From assembly GCA_973895155.1 (NCBI GenBank), contig OZ316896.1, forward strand, positions 1,116,001-1,180,000: a stretch of 64,000 nucleotides of DNA, read 5' to 3'. The position numbers and the translations under genes were made by a program. This document shows, piece after piece, positions 1-20,245 of this stretch. This stretch comes from Marsupella aquatica (taxonomy: Eukaryota > Plantae > Marchantiophyta). How positions within the stretch are numbered: the first letter of the stretch is position 1; each line of letters opens with the position of its first letter. The notes beneath the pieces are model-generated. The model made no database searches. It saw only the letters and a program-made list of their open reading frames with translations, and was not told the DNA's origin.

Positions 1-392
1 TTTTTTCACTAAAGTTTTTGGAGAAAAGCATGCCCATCAGAGTAGGCCCGGCCAAACGATCTATGTATGGATTTCTTTGAGGGGGCAAGCTTCAAGTTTG
101 TAGTTGCTTTCTAGGTTCCCGTTTGTGTTGTTTTCGTTCCGGTTCATGTCGTTAATTTGCTCTGTATTCGTACAAATACAAGGAATGACGGAATAGGCTT
201 ATAACGTCCTATTTCCCTAATTAAGGCAGTAAATAAAGCACGAGTAGCTAAAGAGCAATTGTGGGCAAATTCCGGGACTCCGGAGTTGTACAGGAGCCCC
301 CCATGGACAAATTAGGCTTTATAAGTTTTTAAACATCATCCATCTCCTTTGCGCAGGACCCGAACGATCCTTCCTACACTTCTCTTGTGCAG

Positions 393-3300
393 TCGAGGAG
401 CGCAAAGCTTGGTACCCTCATAGGAGTGTTTATACCATGTCTTCAAAATATTCTGGGAATTATATTCTACATCCGTTTTTCCTGGTGAGTTTTGAACTTG
501 CATCATTTTCCAAATAAAAGTATTGTAGTCAAGTAGAGCTCGCGTTGCTTGAACATGTTTTCATGTCATGATTCCTAAACCAGTCTCCTGAAGTGTGACT
601 TGCATCGTTTGGCAGGATTGTAGGCATTGCAGGGATCTGGCAGAGCCTGCTGTTGGTTTCCTTATGTTGCCTGTGCACCTTCTTAACTGGTTTATCGCTG
701 AGTGCTATAGCCACAAATGGGGCTATGAAGGTTCGTTATCTTTGCTTCCTGAATGTCCTGGTGAAATTATCGTAAAGCCAGAGTTCTCACTCTTTCAAGG
801 TCTGCTTGCGTCCCAGGGGAAGGGCAGTCTCTTCCTACCAAAAATTCAAGAAAGTGCTCCAGAATTCTTGTTCGATTTTATCTTCACCATATTGTAGATG
901 CTCAAAGAACCTGTCTCTCTTGTCAAAAGCCAACCTTAGCCTAAATCCTGGGTCTACAGAATGGCCTGAAAAGAGTGATAAGTTTCTTCTAGGTTTTCTT
1001 CGAGTGTTTCAATATGTCCGATCTCTGGACAGAGGCGATATAGATTCAGGAGACCTGAAGAACTAACGCCCTTAATTAAGACTAACCTGACATGGTCGCA
1101 ACCGAGGTTGATTGATAAATATCGCATGTAATGTTGTAGTACTCTTGAGTCGTGTTGTCGTAACAGAATGTCCTTTTGTTTGCAAGAGGATCCACAGGTT
1201 GCGAGCAGTATTTGGCATCTTATATTTATGGAAAGTCTCGCCTATCACCTAAGTTCTCAAAGCTCTCGCTGGTTTGGTGTGGCAGGGCGGTGGTCCTTAT
1301 TATCTTATTGGTCGCGCCCTTGGTCCAGAAGTTGGCGTTAGTATCGGTCTATGCTTCTTTCTGGGGAATGCCGTCGCAGGATCCCTGTAAGTAATCACAT
1401 ATGATATAGCAGCTCTTCCCAAATCGAAAGGGGCAATGGCCGAGCGTTATTAGTTGGAGAACAGGTTTCTTTAAATAGAATCTAAAGGGCAAGAATATTC
1501 ATGAAGGGTTGAAGTAAAAGATGTGGCGACAGCGTTAAGTGTTCCGTCAGAGCTAAGTGCATGTGACATCTAGACTTTGTTGTGGCCATATGGCTTGGAT
1601 GGATATGTTCATCTACCTACTTTTCACGTTACTTTTCCATTCTACAACGTTTGCCATTGGTGGTTACTTCATCATTTCAGGTATGTATTAGGAGCGGTGG
1701 AGACGTTTTTAGATGCAATCCCTGGAGCTGGCATGTTCAAGCGTATGTTCCTATCTTTCTTAGATACGCATCTTGTCATTTGCTAATGTCCAAGCTGCAA
1801 AATTGTTTGCAAGAGACGTAGTTTTTGGTTTAGAGTTGGGACTTTTTGTGATTTCTTGTTTTGATGCACAAGGAGGTACTGGTGGGAAGTTTTTCCTCTC
1901 AGGGAAAATGGTTGCATCAGGATGTTTACTATCTGATACGTGTTTTGGGGGGTATTTGGGATGCAGAAAGTGTTGTGGAGCTGGCGTCACCATCACCATC
2001 AACCCCTATTCCTGAGGTTCTAAAGAACCCAAGTCTCCATGATCTGCAAGTTTACGGTGTTATTGTGACAGTAGTATTGTGTCTAATCGTATTTGGAGGC
2101 GTGAAGATTATCAACAAAGTTGGACCCGCGTTCCTGATTCCTGTTCTCCTGTCAGTCGTGCTCATCTTCATTGGCATTTTTTCTTCTCACCGGCTCAATG
2201 ATCCTGGTACGTCATGTGCGACTGGACGACTTCCCTGGATCTCTCAAAGATTATCTGATTTTATGTGTTTTGGCCTGGGCTGTATCTCCGCAATTATTTC
2301 AGAGCCCCTTGTTTTTCTCACTTGATATTCTTGTTTATGGCAGGAATTACAGGGTTAAGGTTCCGCACACTGAAGAGTAACTGGGGCTCTCAATATCAGC
2401 GAACAGATCGAGCCGGCATTCCTGCCAGTGATGGTGTCATCTACTGGAACTTCAGGTATGGCTTGCCTCATATGAAGTACTTCGTAGGTATCTCTTCGAA
2501 GGAAATTTAGCACGATCTACGAAGGGTAGGCTTTTCATCTGTTTAACTGACGTACGTGTGTGCCCAACTTTCAGTGGACTACTTGGTCTCTTTTTCCCAG
2601 CTGTAACTGGGATCATGGCTGGGTCAAATCGATCAGCATCTTTGAAGGATACCCAGCGTTCGATACCTGTTGGCACACTCGCAGCCATTGCTGTTACGAC
2701 TGTTCTCTATCTCGTGTCTGTGGTCATGTTTGGGGCGGTGGCAACAAGGGAGAAACTGCTAACTGACCGGTAACGTCCTTCAAATCTTAGTTGACCTCAT
2801 ACATACCCTGCCCCTACATACGCTTGTTATGCGTCACCTTAGTGTGAGTGACCTACTTTGTGGTGTAATTTCTTTTGGGTTGAATTAGAATACTTTTTCA
2901 TAGCAGGAATTGTGTCTGGCTGATCCTTGCAAGTCCCTACATGATGCGTGAAATTCGGTCAGCACCACAACAGGAAAATACCTTGAAGGTTAATAGAAAC
3001 CAGTCAGGTCAGACATACTGGGATTAGCTGAACGTACAGGCATACTGTTCTTTCTGACACAAATGCTCCCTTGAGCTGGGTGGTGAGCAATTCTCCTGTC
3101 CACCTTGTAATCGACTGCGCTATGGAGTTCCCACGTAGTAATTGAAGCACTGAGTTTAGATGTCAAGAAGTGCCCTATCGGAATGAATCAATTTATCGTC
3201 GTTAGGATTAATTTATCGTCGTTAGGTCCTTGCTATTGGATGACAGTCGTGTCATTGATTGACCCCAATACCAAACGATGGACAGTCTATATGTCTAGGT

Positions 3301-5850
3301 GCTTTGGTCCTGATTGTTGTTTCATGGTCACTGAGGAGCACGGCCAAGGACAGTTCAGCTGACTTCTGAATCAGTGATTTCCTATATCCCAACTATGCAA
3401 ATGTACTGACAATGTTTATTTGCGTTTGTGAACAGGCTGCTCACTGCGACGCTTGCTTGGCCGGTACCTGCAGTAGTCCAAATAGGAATTATCCTGTCTA
3501 CGTTGGGAGCAGCGCTGCAGAGTCTCACAGGAGCCCCAAGGCTACTCGCAGCTATTGCTAATGATGATGTATTACCGATTTTGAAATACTTCAAGGCCCC
3601 TGACAATACAGAGCCACATCTTGCAACTCTATTCACAATGCTCATTTGCGCGGGCTGTGTCGTCCTCGGTGATCTTGACCTAGTAACTCCAGTTATCACC
3701 ATGTTCTTTCTTCTGTGCTACTCTGGTGTTAATCTCTCATGCCTGCTTCTTGATCTGCTTGATGCTCCAAGCTGGCGGCCGCGATGGAAGTATCATCATT
3801 GGTTTCTTTCTCTCTTGGGAGCTGTTGTTTGTCTAGGTACTATCTTCTCACACGTACTGGTTGCTTAGGAATCTTGCGGTTTTGATGTATAAGTTGAAAT
3901 TTCGAAAGTGTCTATTGGCTAGTCTAGGGTTCAGTGGTCAACTGGAACTGAAGGGTAGGTCTGTTGAGTCATTTTGGCGTACTAAGACCTCCACCATTAC
4001 GAAGAAAAATCCTACAATGCAGCCGTTATTCGTTTTAGGGTCTTTTCCTGTTTCACAGTCTGTCGAAATCTGTCTATAAGAGTTTTAGAGGTGTTCTATT
4101 CTCTCGCTAAGTATCGGCCGGAATGTTGATGCCAGTGGCAGGACTAGTGCTGATGTTTGGTTTCTAATGTGCAGCAATTATGTTTCTTATCTCTTGGTCC
4201 TTCACAATCGTCGCTCTTGCATTGGCTAGTCTCATATACTATTATGTGAGTATCAAAGGCAAGGGTGGTGACTGGGGAGATGGCTTCAAGAGTGCCTATT
4301 TCCAACTTGCTTTGCGAAGTCTTCGTTCTCTTGGAGGTGTGTGCTCATTTTGCGCTCCTGTTTTGAGTTTTGGGCTTCTAGAATTTAGCATTCCCGTAAC
4401 AATTGTTGTATATATATGTACCATAGTCCCAAATCTGCCGCTTTTTAATTGGAAGACTTGCGGCTGGAGTGATATGAGTTTCTTGGATCATTAACAACTG
4501 GCACAGTCACATAACCACCTGAAGGGATACTTTGAACTCTAGTAATAAAAGGTTCTGGAAATATTTAGGTCTGGACACCTAAGAACAGGGAAAAAATTGT
4601 TTTGGGAATCCTTTGTTACAACAAGAACATGGTAACTCGAATCTTTGGTTCTACGAATCAAAGCATGTTGTGTGGCTAGTCTACAATCTTATGTCTTTGA
4701 AGTGCCTGTAAATATCTATAATGTGGGGTCTTAACTCTCAACTGATTGTGATTTGACATGATATTTGCTTCGTTTTACAGCAACGCAAGTTCATCCAAAG
4801 AACTGGTATCCAATTCCGCTAATTTTCTGTAAACCTTGGGGAATTCTTCCACAAGATGTTCCATGCCACCCCAAGCTCGCTGATTTTGCTAACTGCATGA
4901 AGAAAAAGGGCCGTGGAATGTCCATCTTTGTGTCTATTATGGAAGGCGATTACAAGGAAAAGGCGGAAGAGGCAAGGCAGGCATGCAGGCTGTTAAGTAC
5001 GTATATTGACTATAAGAATTGTGAAGGGGTTGCTGAGGTAATGGTTGCCAGTAACATGTGGGAGGGTTTCCGTGGCATTGTACAAACAATGGGGCTCGGA
5101 AATTTGAAGCCCAATATTGTGTGCATGCGGTATCCTGAGATATGGAGGGACGAGAGACATAGCGAAATCCCCGAGAACTTTGTGAGAATTATCAATGACT
5201 GTTCGACTGCAAACAAGGCTGTTGTCATCGTCAAAGGTCTTGATGAATGGCCTGGAGAATTTCAGAAGCAATATGGGACAATTGATCTCTACTGGATTGT
5301 TCGAGATGGTGGCCTTATGTTACTGCTTTCTCAGTTGCTGAGGGCAAAAGATAGCTTTGAGAGTTGCAAAATTCAAGTTTTTTGCATCGCAGAAGAGGAT
5401 ACTGAGGCAGAGGAGCTCAAGGCAGACGTCAAGAAGTTTTTGTACGATCTTCGTATGTTGGCAGAGGTGATTGTGGTAACAATGAAATCTTGGGAAGCTC
5501 ATCAGATAGATCAAGAGTCAGCAGAAGCTGGAGGAGAAGATGCAGCGATGGTGTCATTTTCACAAGCAAGGGAGCGAATTGCAGATCGCGTAAAATCGCA
5601 AAATTCGGCTGACAGTAGCCTCTACAATGAGCAACAAGTTAACAAATTCCTGTACACAACCTTAAAACTGAACTCAATCATCCTGAGGTATTCAAGAATG
5701 GCAGCTGTGGTGTTGGTGAGTCTTCCCCCACCCCCGCGGCATCATCCTTCTTACTGTTACATGGAATACATGGACCTTTTAGTAGAAAGTATTCCTAGAC
5801 TACTTATGGTTCGTGGCTATAGGAGAGATGTTGTCACCATTTTCACTTAA
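393..5850 (+). CDS. CCC1: Cation-chloride cotransporter (SLC12/CCC1); spliced; 5' exons lie upstream of the window
   Basis: Exons approx. 393-484, 616-730, 1286-1386, 1681-1742, 1967-2206, 2344-2455, 2575-2769, 3436-3836, 4175-4336, 4781-5850, all with GT-AG ends. Motifs: [60 protein letters not shown], and C-terminus [12 protein letters not shown]. Confidence 0.96.
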
Positions 5851-6710
5851 GTGATTCGATCTTGCCAATCACGTTGTCCTAGTTGACAACCATTATTTTG
5901 TCAATGCATAGGTATAGTTGAGTTTCAGAGGGTTGCTCAGATTCGAAGCATGGTTAGATTCAGGGCTTGCTTTTAAAAGCGTAGTTCGTAGTGGTTGATC
6001 GTCGGGCACCGAAGTCCTCAATTTTGCTTGAAATGTCTTTGCAACTCTTCCCATGTATCTGGGCAGCAGGCTTATACAAGGGTGTACACTTCTGTAGATG
6101 TACTAACATTCTTTTTAATTCAATAGATTGAATCGACAAAGGTTTGATTGATGCGAAGGTCCAAGCTTAAATGTGACTTGGAGAAACTAACCCAGACCTT
6201 TGAGAACAGGATATAGGCTTGTAATTTTGACTTGGTTTGGCATTGGCCCTTACGATGCGGATGTCCGTAGATGTTGAATTTTTGTCGCTTGCCAAGGTTA
6301 CATCCTGGATTGATCACACGTAAAAGTACAGATTCCAATCATTCACCATGTGAATGAGAGCATGGAGCACCCGGCATCAAGTGCACTGAAGCTTTGGGCG
6401 CTTGCGTTACACTTTGGAGAGTTAATGGATGTTAAGGTGTGCAGTGATGAAAGGGCGCAGTGAGCTTTGTGTGAGTGACAAAGGATTAGAATTGGAATAT
6501 ATGAAGAGAAGGTTTGCAGGAAGTTTACGATGGTCTGACTATGGTGTATGAAATGTGTCCTCTCAAAACTACTTGGCAATTAATATATTCTTGCATTCAA
6601 TAACGTTATAACAATAGAACAAAATATGTGTCCACTCAGAACTACTTGGCAATCAATTTATTCATTCCATGTACAACTATAGTAAAGTGTCCACTTAGAA
6701 CTACTTGGCA

Positions 6711-7121
6711 CTAGGTTTAACCTGACAGGCAAGTTTATGGCTTGCCGGGCATGTAAAACCATCAAATGATGGTCTCAAAATGGCCAGTTTGACGAATATT
6801 CTTTGATATTACCTCGGACTCCCCTGGTCCCTGGACTCCCGACCCGGTTCCCGACTCGCTCGGACCCTGCCCCAGCCCACCCATACCCGGCCCGGACCTG
6901 GCCTCCCGAACCTGCTCCCTGGCCTCCCGAACCCCTCCCCAACGTCCCTAATCCCTCCTGAACTCCTACCGAAATGCCTCCCGGGCCTCCCGAATCCCTC
7001 CCAAACCCGGCCTCCCAAACCCATCCCGAACCCCGACTCCGGGAGACTGGGCGACCGGTTTATGCATTTATGAGTTTGACAGGGAAAATCCCCCCAGTTT
7101 GACGGGCAAGGTCAAACCAGG
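6711..7121. mobile_element. Non-autonomous hAT-type DNA transposon (MITE), about 411 bp
   Basis: 8-bp direct repeat ACTTGGCA at 6703-6710 and 7122-7129. Imperfect TIRs CTAGGTTTAACCT / AGGTCAAACCAGG. GC-rich internal CCCGAAC/GGCCTCCC repeats. It interrupts a local repeat whose empty copy (ACTTGGCAATCAATTTATTCATTCCAT) lies at about 6643-6670. Confidence 0.8.
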
Positions 7122-7190
7122 ACTTGGCAATCAATTTATTCATTCCATCTATAACTATAATAAAGAAGTCAATCGTCCCTTCCCAAAGTC

Positions 7191-7397
7191 AGATTTGGTA
7201 GGAACAAAGACTGACCATTGAATTTATGTTAGATTTAATTCTAGCCTTTGATTAGCTAGAACTAAGTGTCCACCAAAGCAAATAGGACCTTAGGATACAA
7301 ATTTAGATTTGGTGGGAACAAAGCCTAACCATTGGAGGTTTAATTCTAGAATTTGATTAGCTAGAACTAAATGTTCACCAAAGCAAATAGGAACTTA
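7191..7397. repeat. Diverged tandem duplication (about 100-115 bp unit)
   Basis: AGATTTGGT.GGAACAAAG...ATTAGCTAGAACTAA.TGT.CACCAAAGCAAATAGGA occurs at about 7191-7292 and 7306-7397. Confidence 0.8.
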
Positions 7398-7697
7398 TGG
7401 TATGTAGGTGATAACAATTATGAGGGGAGATCTAAGGGGTACAAGTAAAGTAGACCAAAACGTTTTGTCACACATGCCTATATTTAATAGAGATACTCAA
7501 TCATTATATGTTAGTCTATGTATTTAAAAGGAAATAGTTGTAGAATTAATAACATGAAATAAATTAAAATGAGTGTATGGGTGTATAAAATTGTGAAGAA
7601 TAAATTTTTTAATTGGCATGAATTTAAGTAGTTTTTTGTTTAAAAGCTAAAAACTAATTATTTGAGGCCAAAACAAACTCTTGGAAAGTGTGATCCA

Positions 7698-7837
7698 ATT
7701 TTTATGGATTCTGTCAGATTTGTCAATAACCCCTGCCTTGCAAATTATCGGCACAAGAAAGCCATCTAAATTAATTTTTTTGGATTCTGTCAGATTTGCC
7801 AATAATCCGTGCCTTGCAAATATTCGGCACAAGAAAG
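7698..7837. repeat. Tandem duplication (about 76 bp period)
   Basis: TGGATTCTGTCAGATTTG.CAATAA.CC.TGCCTTGCAAA...TCGGCACAAGAAAGC occurs twice. Confidence 0.8.
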
Positions 7838-8719
7838 CTTTAAAATATCGAATCTTACCTGCTTCGATCGATCTATCTCCTGAGCTGCGCTGCAGATCGA
7901 GTAAGGACTATCGTCATGTCCGCCTCCTCCCTTGGGTGAATTCCCAGCTCTGATTGGAACTGCGATGCTCCCAGCTCTGTGGTAGCGTCTCGTCAAAAGG
8001 ACGATACCTCCCATAACAGTCACCCTTTCGCTCAAAACTGACACAGATTCGCTGTAGTCCCCTTCCCCACATTTGTGGGCAATAATGCTGCCAACTCGGT
8101 AACTTTTTAGATCTGTTATTTATGTCCTTTCAGGCCTGTCACTTCCATGTTAATTTTATAGGAATCATATAACTATATAAGGCTGTCACTTCTCGTCATA
8201 ATTATGATTCGAGCTTTCCCACCAGCTTCACGATGCACTTCAGTGGTTAGCACCCACTCTGTACATATACAAAGGAGACATGAGGAAAACACTCCTGAAC
8301 GAAAGCAATCGCATAAGCCTAATGTTCACTTCATTCATTACGAATGAGATAATGTGCTCGTTAATGGGCATTGTGACATATAATGTACCCAAAAACGATG
8401 GGGGTAGCCCAACTTTTTAAAGGCTCTATGATCACATTCTCTATAGAGTTCATTGAGGTCATCAAGAGCCTAAATTTGTTCATAGTGCAACTGCCCAAAT
8501 GGTTTCTCAATGAGAATTACTCCGCGAGTCAGATTGGCCAGGGGGTTTAGGTGAGGGTTTAGCTGATAACTGTGAACAAAATGACAAGGGTGAAATACAC
8601 TAGAAGTTTACTTACATCAATATGCACTTACACCACAGTGACTGGTAAGAGCAGGTCAAGCCCCAAAATAATGACCGGTAAGAGCAGGTCAAGGAGGGCG
8701 AACCGGTCATCCACTTAGA

Positions 8720-8747
8720 TTTTGGCGGGAACTGTTTTGCCGGGAAA
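8720..8747. promoter_or_regulatory. Two tandem, overlapping bidirectional E2F/DP binding sites upstream of MCM6
   Basis: TTTTGGCGGGAA (8720-8731) and TTTTGCCGGGAAA (8735-8747) match TTTSSCGS. The second also matches on the minus strand (TTTCCCGG) and the first nearly so (TTCCCGCC). MCM genes are established E2F targets. Confidence 0.8.
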
Positions 8748-8974
8748 CTGGACTCCTCTGAGGAGACGGGTCTTACGAGCTCGTCACTCTCTTCTCTCAC
8801 ATCGATTGCTCTCGACAATCAATCGATCCTCGGCCTCTCCGATCTCTCGACAGCAGAGGGAATCTGAGAGCCCCGTTGATCTTTTCAAGACGCGAGCCAA
8901 TCGAAATTCTGTAGCTCAGAAGTTCTCATTTGAACTTGATTTCATTTTCAGTGGACGCTCTCTTTCGCTGGACG

Positions 8975-9362
8975 AGAGTTATGTGAGCTGCATTGCATTG
9001 CGATGTCTAAATGAAGGTATCGGAACGACAAGCGAGCAGAGGATGACCAGATTCTGATAGACTGGGCCGACCTTTCTGCGTTGATGAGATCGTGTTGGGA
9101 AGGAGCTGCAACTGAATGATAATTTGAGAAAGATCTCCAATGCTTATGTTGGTCGGGTGGACATTAGGAAGTTCCGTTGTTGTCCAACTCCCTAGAAGAC
9201 CATTCATCTATAAAAATTTGAGTTAGAGCTGGGCAGGTCAGAGTTATGTGAGCTGCATTGCATTGCGTTGTCTAAATGAAGGTTTCGGAACGAGAAGGGA
9301 GCAGAGAATGACCAGATTCTGATCGACCGGGCCAACCTTTCTGCGTCGAGGAGATCGTGTTG
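8975..9362. repeat. Direct duplication of about 123 bp in the MCM6 5' leader region
   Basis: AGAGTTATGTGAGCTGCATTGCATTGCG...GAGATCGTGTTG at 8975-9097 and 9240-9362, about 90% identical. Confidence 0.9.
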
Positions 9363-9441
9363 AGAAGTAGGAGAAAGGGCAGACAGGAAAGCAGGGAGGG
9401 GAGGGGAGGGGAGGTAGGAGAGAAGAGAGAAAAGGGAAAAC

Positions 9442-17189
<7,748 letters not shown>

Positions 17190-20100
17190 TAGATTTGTAC
17201 CTCTTCGCATGGTGCACAGGATCCATAAAGCATCACGTGTCCAAATTATAAGATTCCAGCCCATTTGGTTGATTGAAATCCGGAATTGCCATCCTCTGGA
17301 ACAGTAGCAGAACCTCTTGTCAGGCTTTCCGTCCAGATAGTTGGAGGCGGAGCTCATCGCGAGGGAACTAACTGTTGGTCACCTCACAAGGGACGGGGAT
17401 GCGATTCGGGTGGGCATTGGACGGGAGCATATCGAGGGCGAGGTTAGAATAAGGTTAGCACCCCAAACCAGATGGCCCTTGTATTCGGGCCAAAACCTAG
17501 TCAAGACAAAGTCCATTGCATTTAGCTGCAAAAGTGTAGGGACAGACTTCAGGCTCCGCTTTTGCTTTCGTCAAGTCATTCATTTTAGTTCACGATGTAA
17601 AAGAGGTAGAATTCTCAAAATAGAGCTGAGAGTTCACTCTCAATCACATGAGTATGATCAATCTTTGCCTAAGCTGAACATGAAACTCGCTTTCTACCGT
17701 GGCTTTCTTTACGGGATGTATTAAAGAACTGTGGCCCCAACTTTTATAAAGTGTAAGACTCAGCGATATGCTTGCTTGTTGAACAAGTTTGCAAACACGA
17801 CGAGTAGCTTTGCAACTCCAAAAGGTTTTGAATCTTGTTTGGGGCTGTACAATCACGATTTGTCACAGATCAAAGGATAACAAAGTTGGTTACTCGACCT
17901 ATCCTCTTCCACTCGAGGCCCAGCAGATGGAGGATATGGCATCCGTGGAGATCACAATCTACCTTGGGAGAACTCTCGTTGAGGTTTTTGCAGAACCTGA
18001 AAATAGTTACTTTCCAGGTTTAAAAGTATTCTTCTTTATAAATGAACAATGAATAACTAATTAACTAATTGCCGGTAAACAACCACCTTGTCTAGAGCAT
18101 GCACTTCTCTGATGTCCAAACAACATAACCATTAGAGATATTTCCGAAGTTCTCCTTCAGAATGTGCTTCGCGAAAAACTCGACAACATGCTCCTCACGA
18201 GACAGTTCAGCCAACAAAACAAAACGAACTGCAAGGTCTTAGAGTGACATTATGCTCAAGCATGTTGGAAACTACAATGTATTTCTACATAGACGAGGTT
18301 GAAGATTACAACACCTCGTAACACGCGAGAGTACATCTGATACCACATGCTCTTCCATTAAAACCTAGTCAAGACTAAGCCCATCGCTCCTAGCTGCAAA
18401 ACTCGTTACATGGCAACGACACGAAATGACTGGAGTTGAGATGACGGTTGGTCCAATAATATCCAATTTAACAATTTCCTGCGCTCCATCGTCCCTTTAG
18501 AAAAGCTGGAACGCGGGGACCTCCCTAGTGGAAGAAAATTGTGGGCATGGCGCAATTGAGCCCCACACCATAACGTAGGCTACAAGTCAACACATTTGTA
18601 TTATATGCCATATAATTTGATACTAATCTGAGTATAAGTACAATGAAGGGAAGGCAAACGAGATCCAAAGAGGACCAACACGAAACACTAAGAAGTGGCA
18701 AATCCAACCCCGGAAACAGAGAAAGAGGAAAAACAAGAAACGAAAAAAAGGATGTGATTGCCATGTATGTCATTAATAAAGGAAAACATAAGTGTAACAT
18801 GAATATACCGTATAATGGTTAAGGTAGGATGTTACTGCCCGTCATGTAATTTAGAGGTGAAAAGATGATGTCGTCAGGGCTTGAACAGACAAATGGCCGG
18901 TCTTGTACGCTTTTCCACTTTAATATTCAACTTCGACTAATAATTCTTATCAATCAATAAAGCTAAAGCTAAAAAGCTAACCGGTCTCAACTACAATAGT
19001 TGGGATCTGGCGGCTTTTGACTCGATCCTGTTCAAATAAGGTACAGTAGTAAATCTTACCAACTTACTTGGGACTGGCAGAGAGTTGACTCTGCCGTCCC
19101 CGAATGGTAGAGTAGGAACAGAAAACGATGCATTTTACTGCACATGCAAGGTCCTGGACGAAGTCCGAGAGTCTTTGTCCTTTGGAAGTGAAATTGAGCG
19201 TTTAAGGTATATGAAGGGTGCCCACAGGGATATAGCTACTGCAGCTGTTGGTCTCGCTAGAAGGTTAGAGGAACCCCTGTTTAATGTCTCTACTTGTGTC
19301 GCGCAAATGAACAGCGAGGGCCTGCTTTTACATGGGATAGAACCAGCCTCAGCCTTCTGAGGTTCAGGTCAGGGAACGCAGGTGGGAATGGTTGTTTCAC
19401 CAGAAAATGATGAAATGAGGAGAGTCTCAAACATGTTCAAGGACGTCCATGCTCCGTACAATGAAACTAGACATCGAAGTGAATGCCTACAATCACCAAA
19501 ACCAAGATCTAATAAGCATTCTAAATGTTGAATCCTAGATGGCAGCTCCATTGAACATTACTGGTTGATCCAGGAAACCTGAGACCGCCGTAACACAGTA
19601 GCTCCATACTACTGCACAGCAGAGCATGGGAGAAAGCAGTAACATTCAAAACGCCAAACGTGCATAATGTTAATTGAGACTACGGACAGTCTTCTGGGCT
19701 GTTAACTACTGAGAAAAATTCTAACCTGCTCCCATTTAGCGCGCCTTACTTATTGGACCAGAAATATTAAATTGTTAAGAACTTGGCAGTAAAAGAAATG
19801 TTGCCGTATTGGCTCTTCGTCATGCCGTGTGCAAAATTACAAAGCAGATGGAAGCGACAAGCAGTCTTGCTTCATGTCAAGCTTATTAGTGTGCACTTCC
19901 AAAAAATTTACAGATCAATGGGATCCAAATAAAATTGTACAATCAGGCACTTGAGGGCCCTTCTTTTTCTTGTAAACGTGTTTTGTCTCCAGCCAGGTAG
20001 CTCAGAGAGCCCAATCTGAAGGCGTCTCTTACAACGACTGGGCTCTAATTAATTATTATATGAGTCATAAATATCGAGCAAGGACACCTAGCACGACACG

Positions 20101-20245
20101 AAGAGATTCCACGGTTGCCAACAACTTTGTCGGCATTGTCCCGAACTAATGTGGTAACACAAGGGAAGATATATTGGAGTAAACTGCTCGAAAATCTGCC
20201 CCAACATTCTGCACGCAGACGAAACGCAGCGGAGAGAAAAACTTC

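Noticed and set aside
6809-7024. Gly/Arg-rich repetitive ORF on the minus strand
   Set aside because: It is the translation of the MITE's internal GC-rich repeats, with no gene context.
19085-19360. 91-aa ORF that looks protein-like (VLDEVRESLSFGSEIERLRYMK...)
   Set aside because: No recognisable motif, ATG start or splice structure; possibly a LINE relic, but unsupported.
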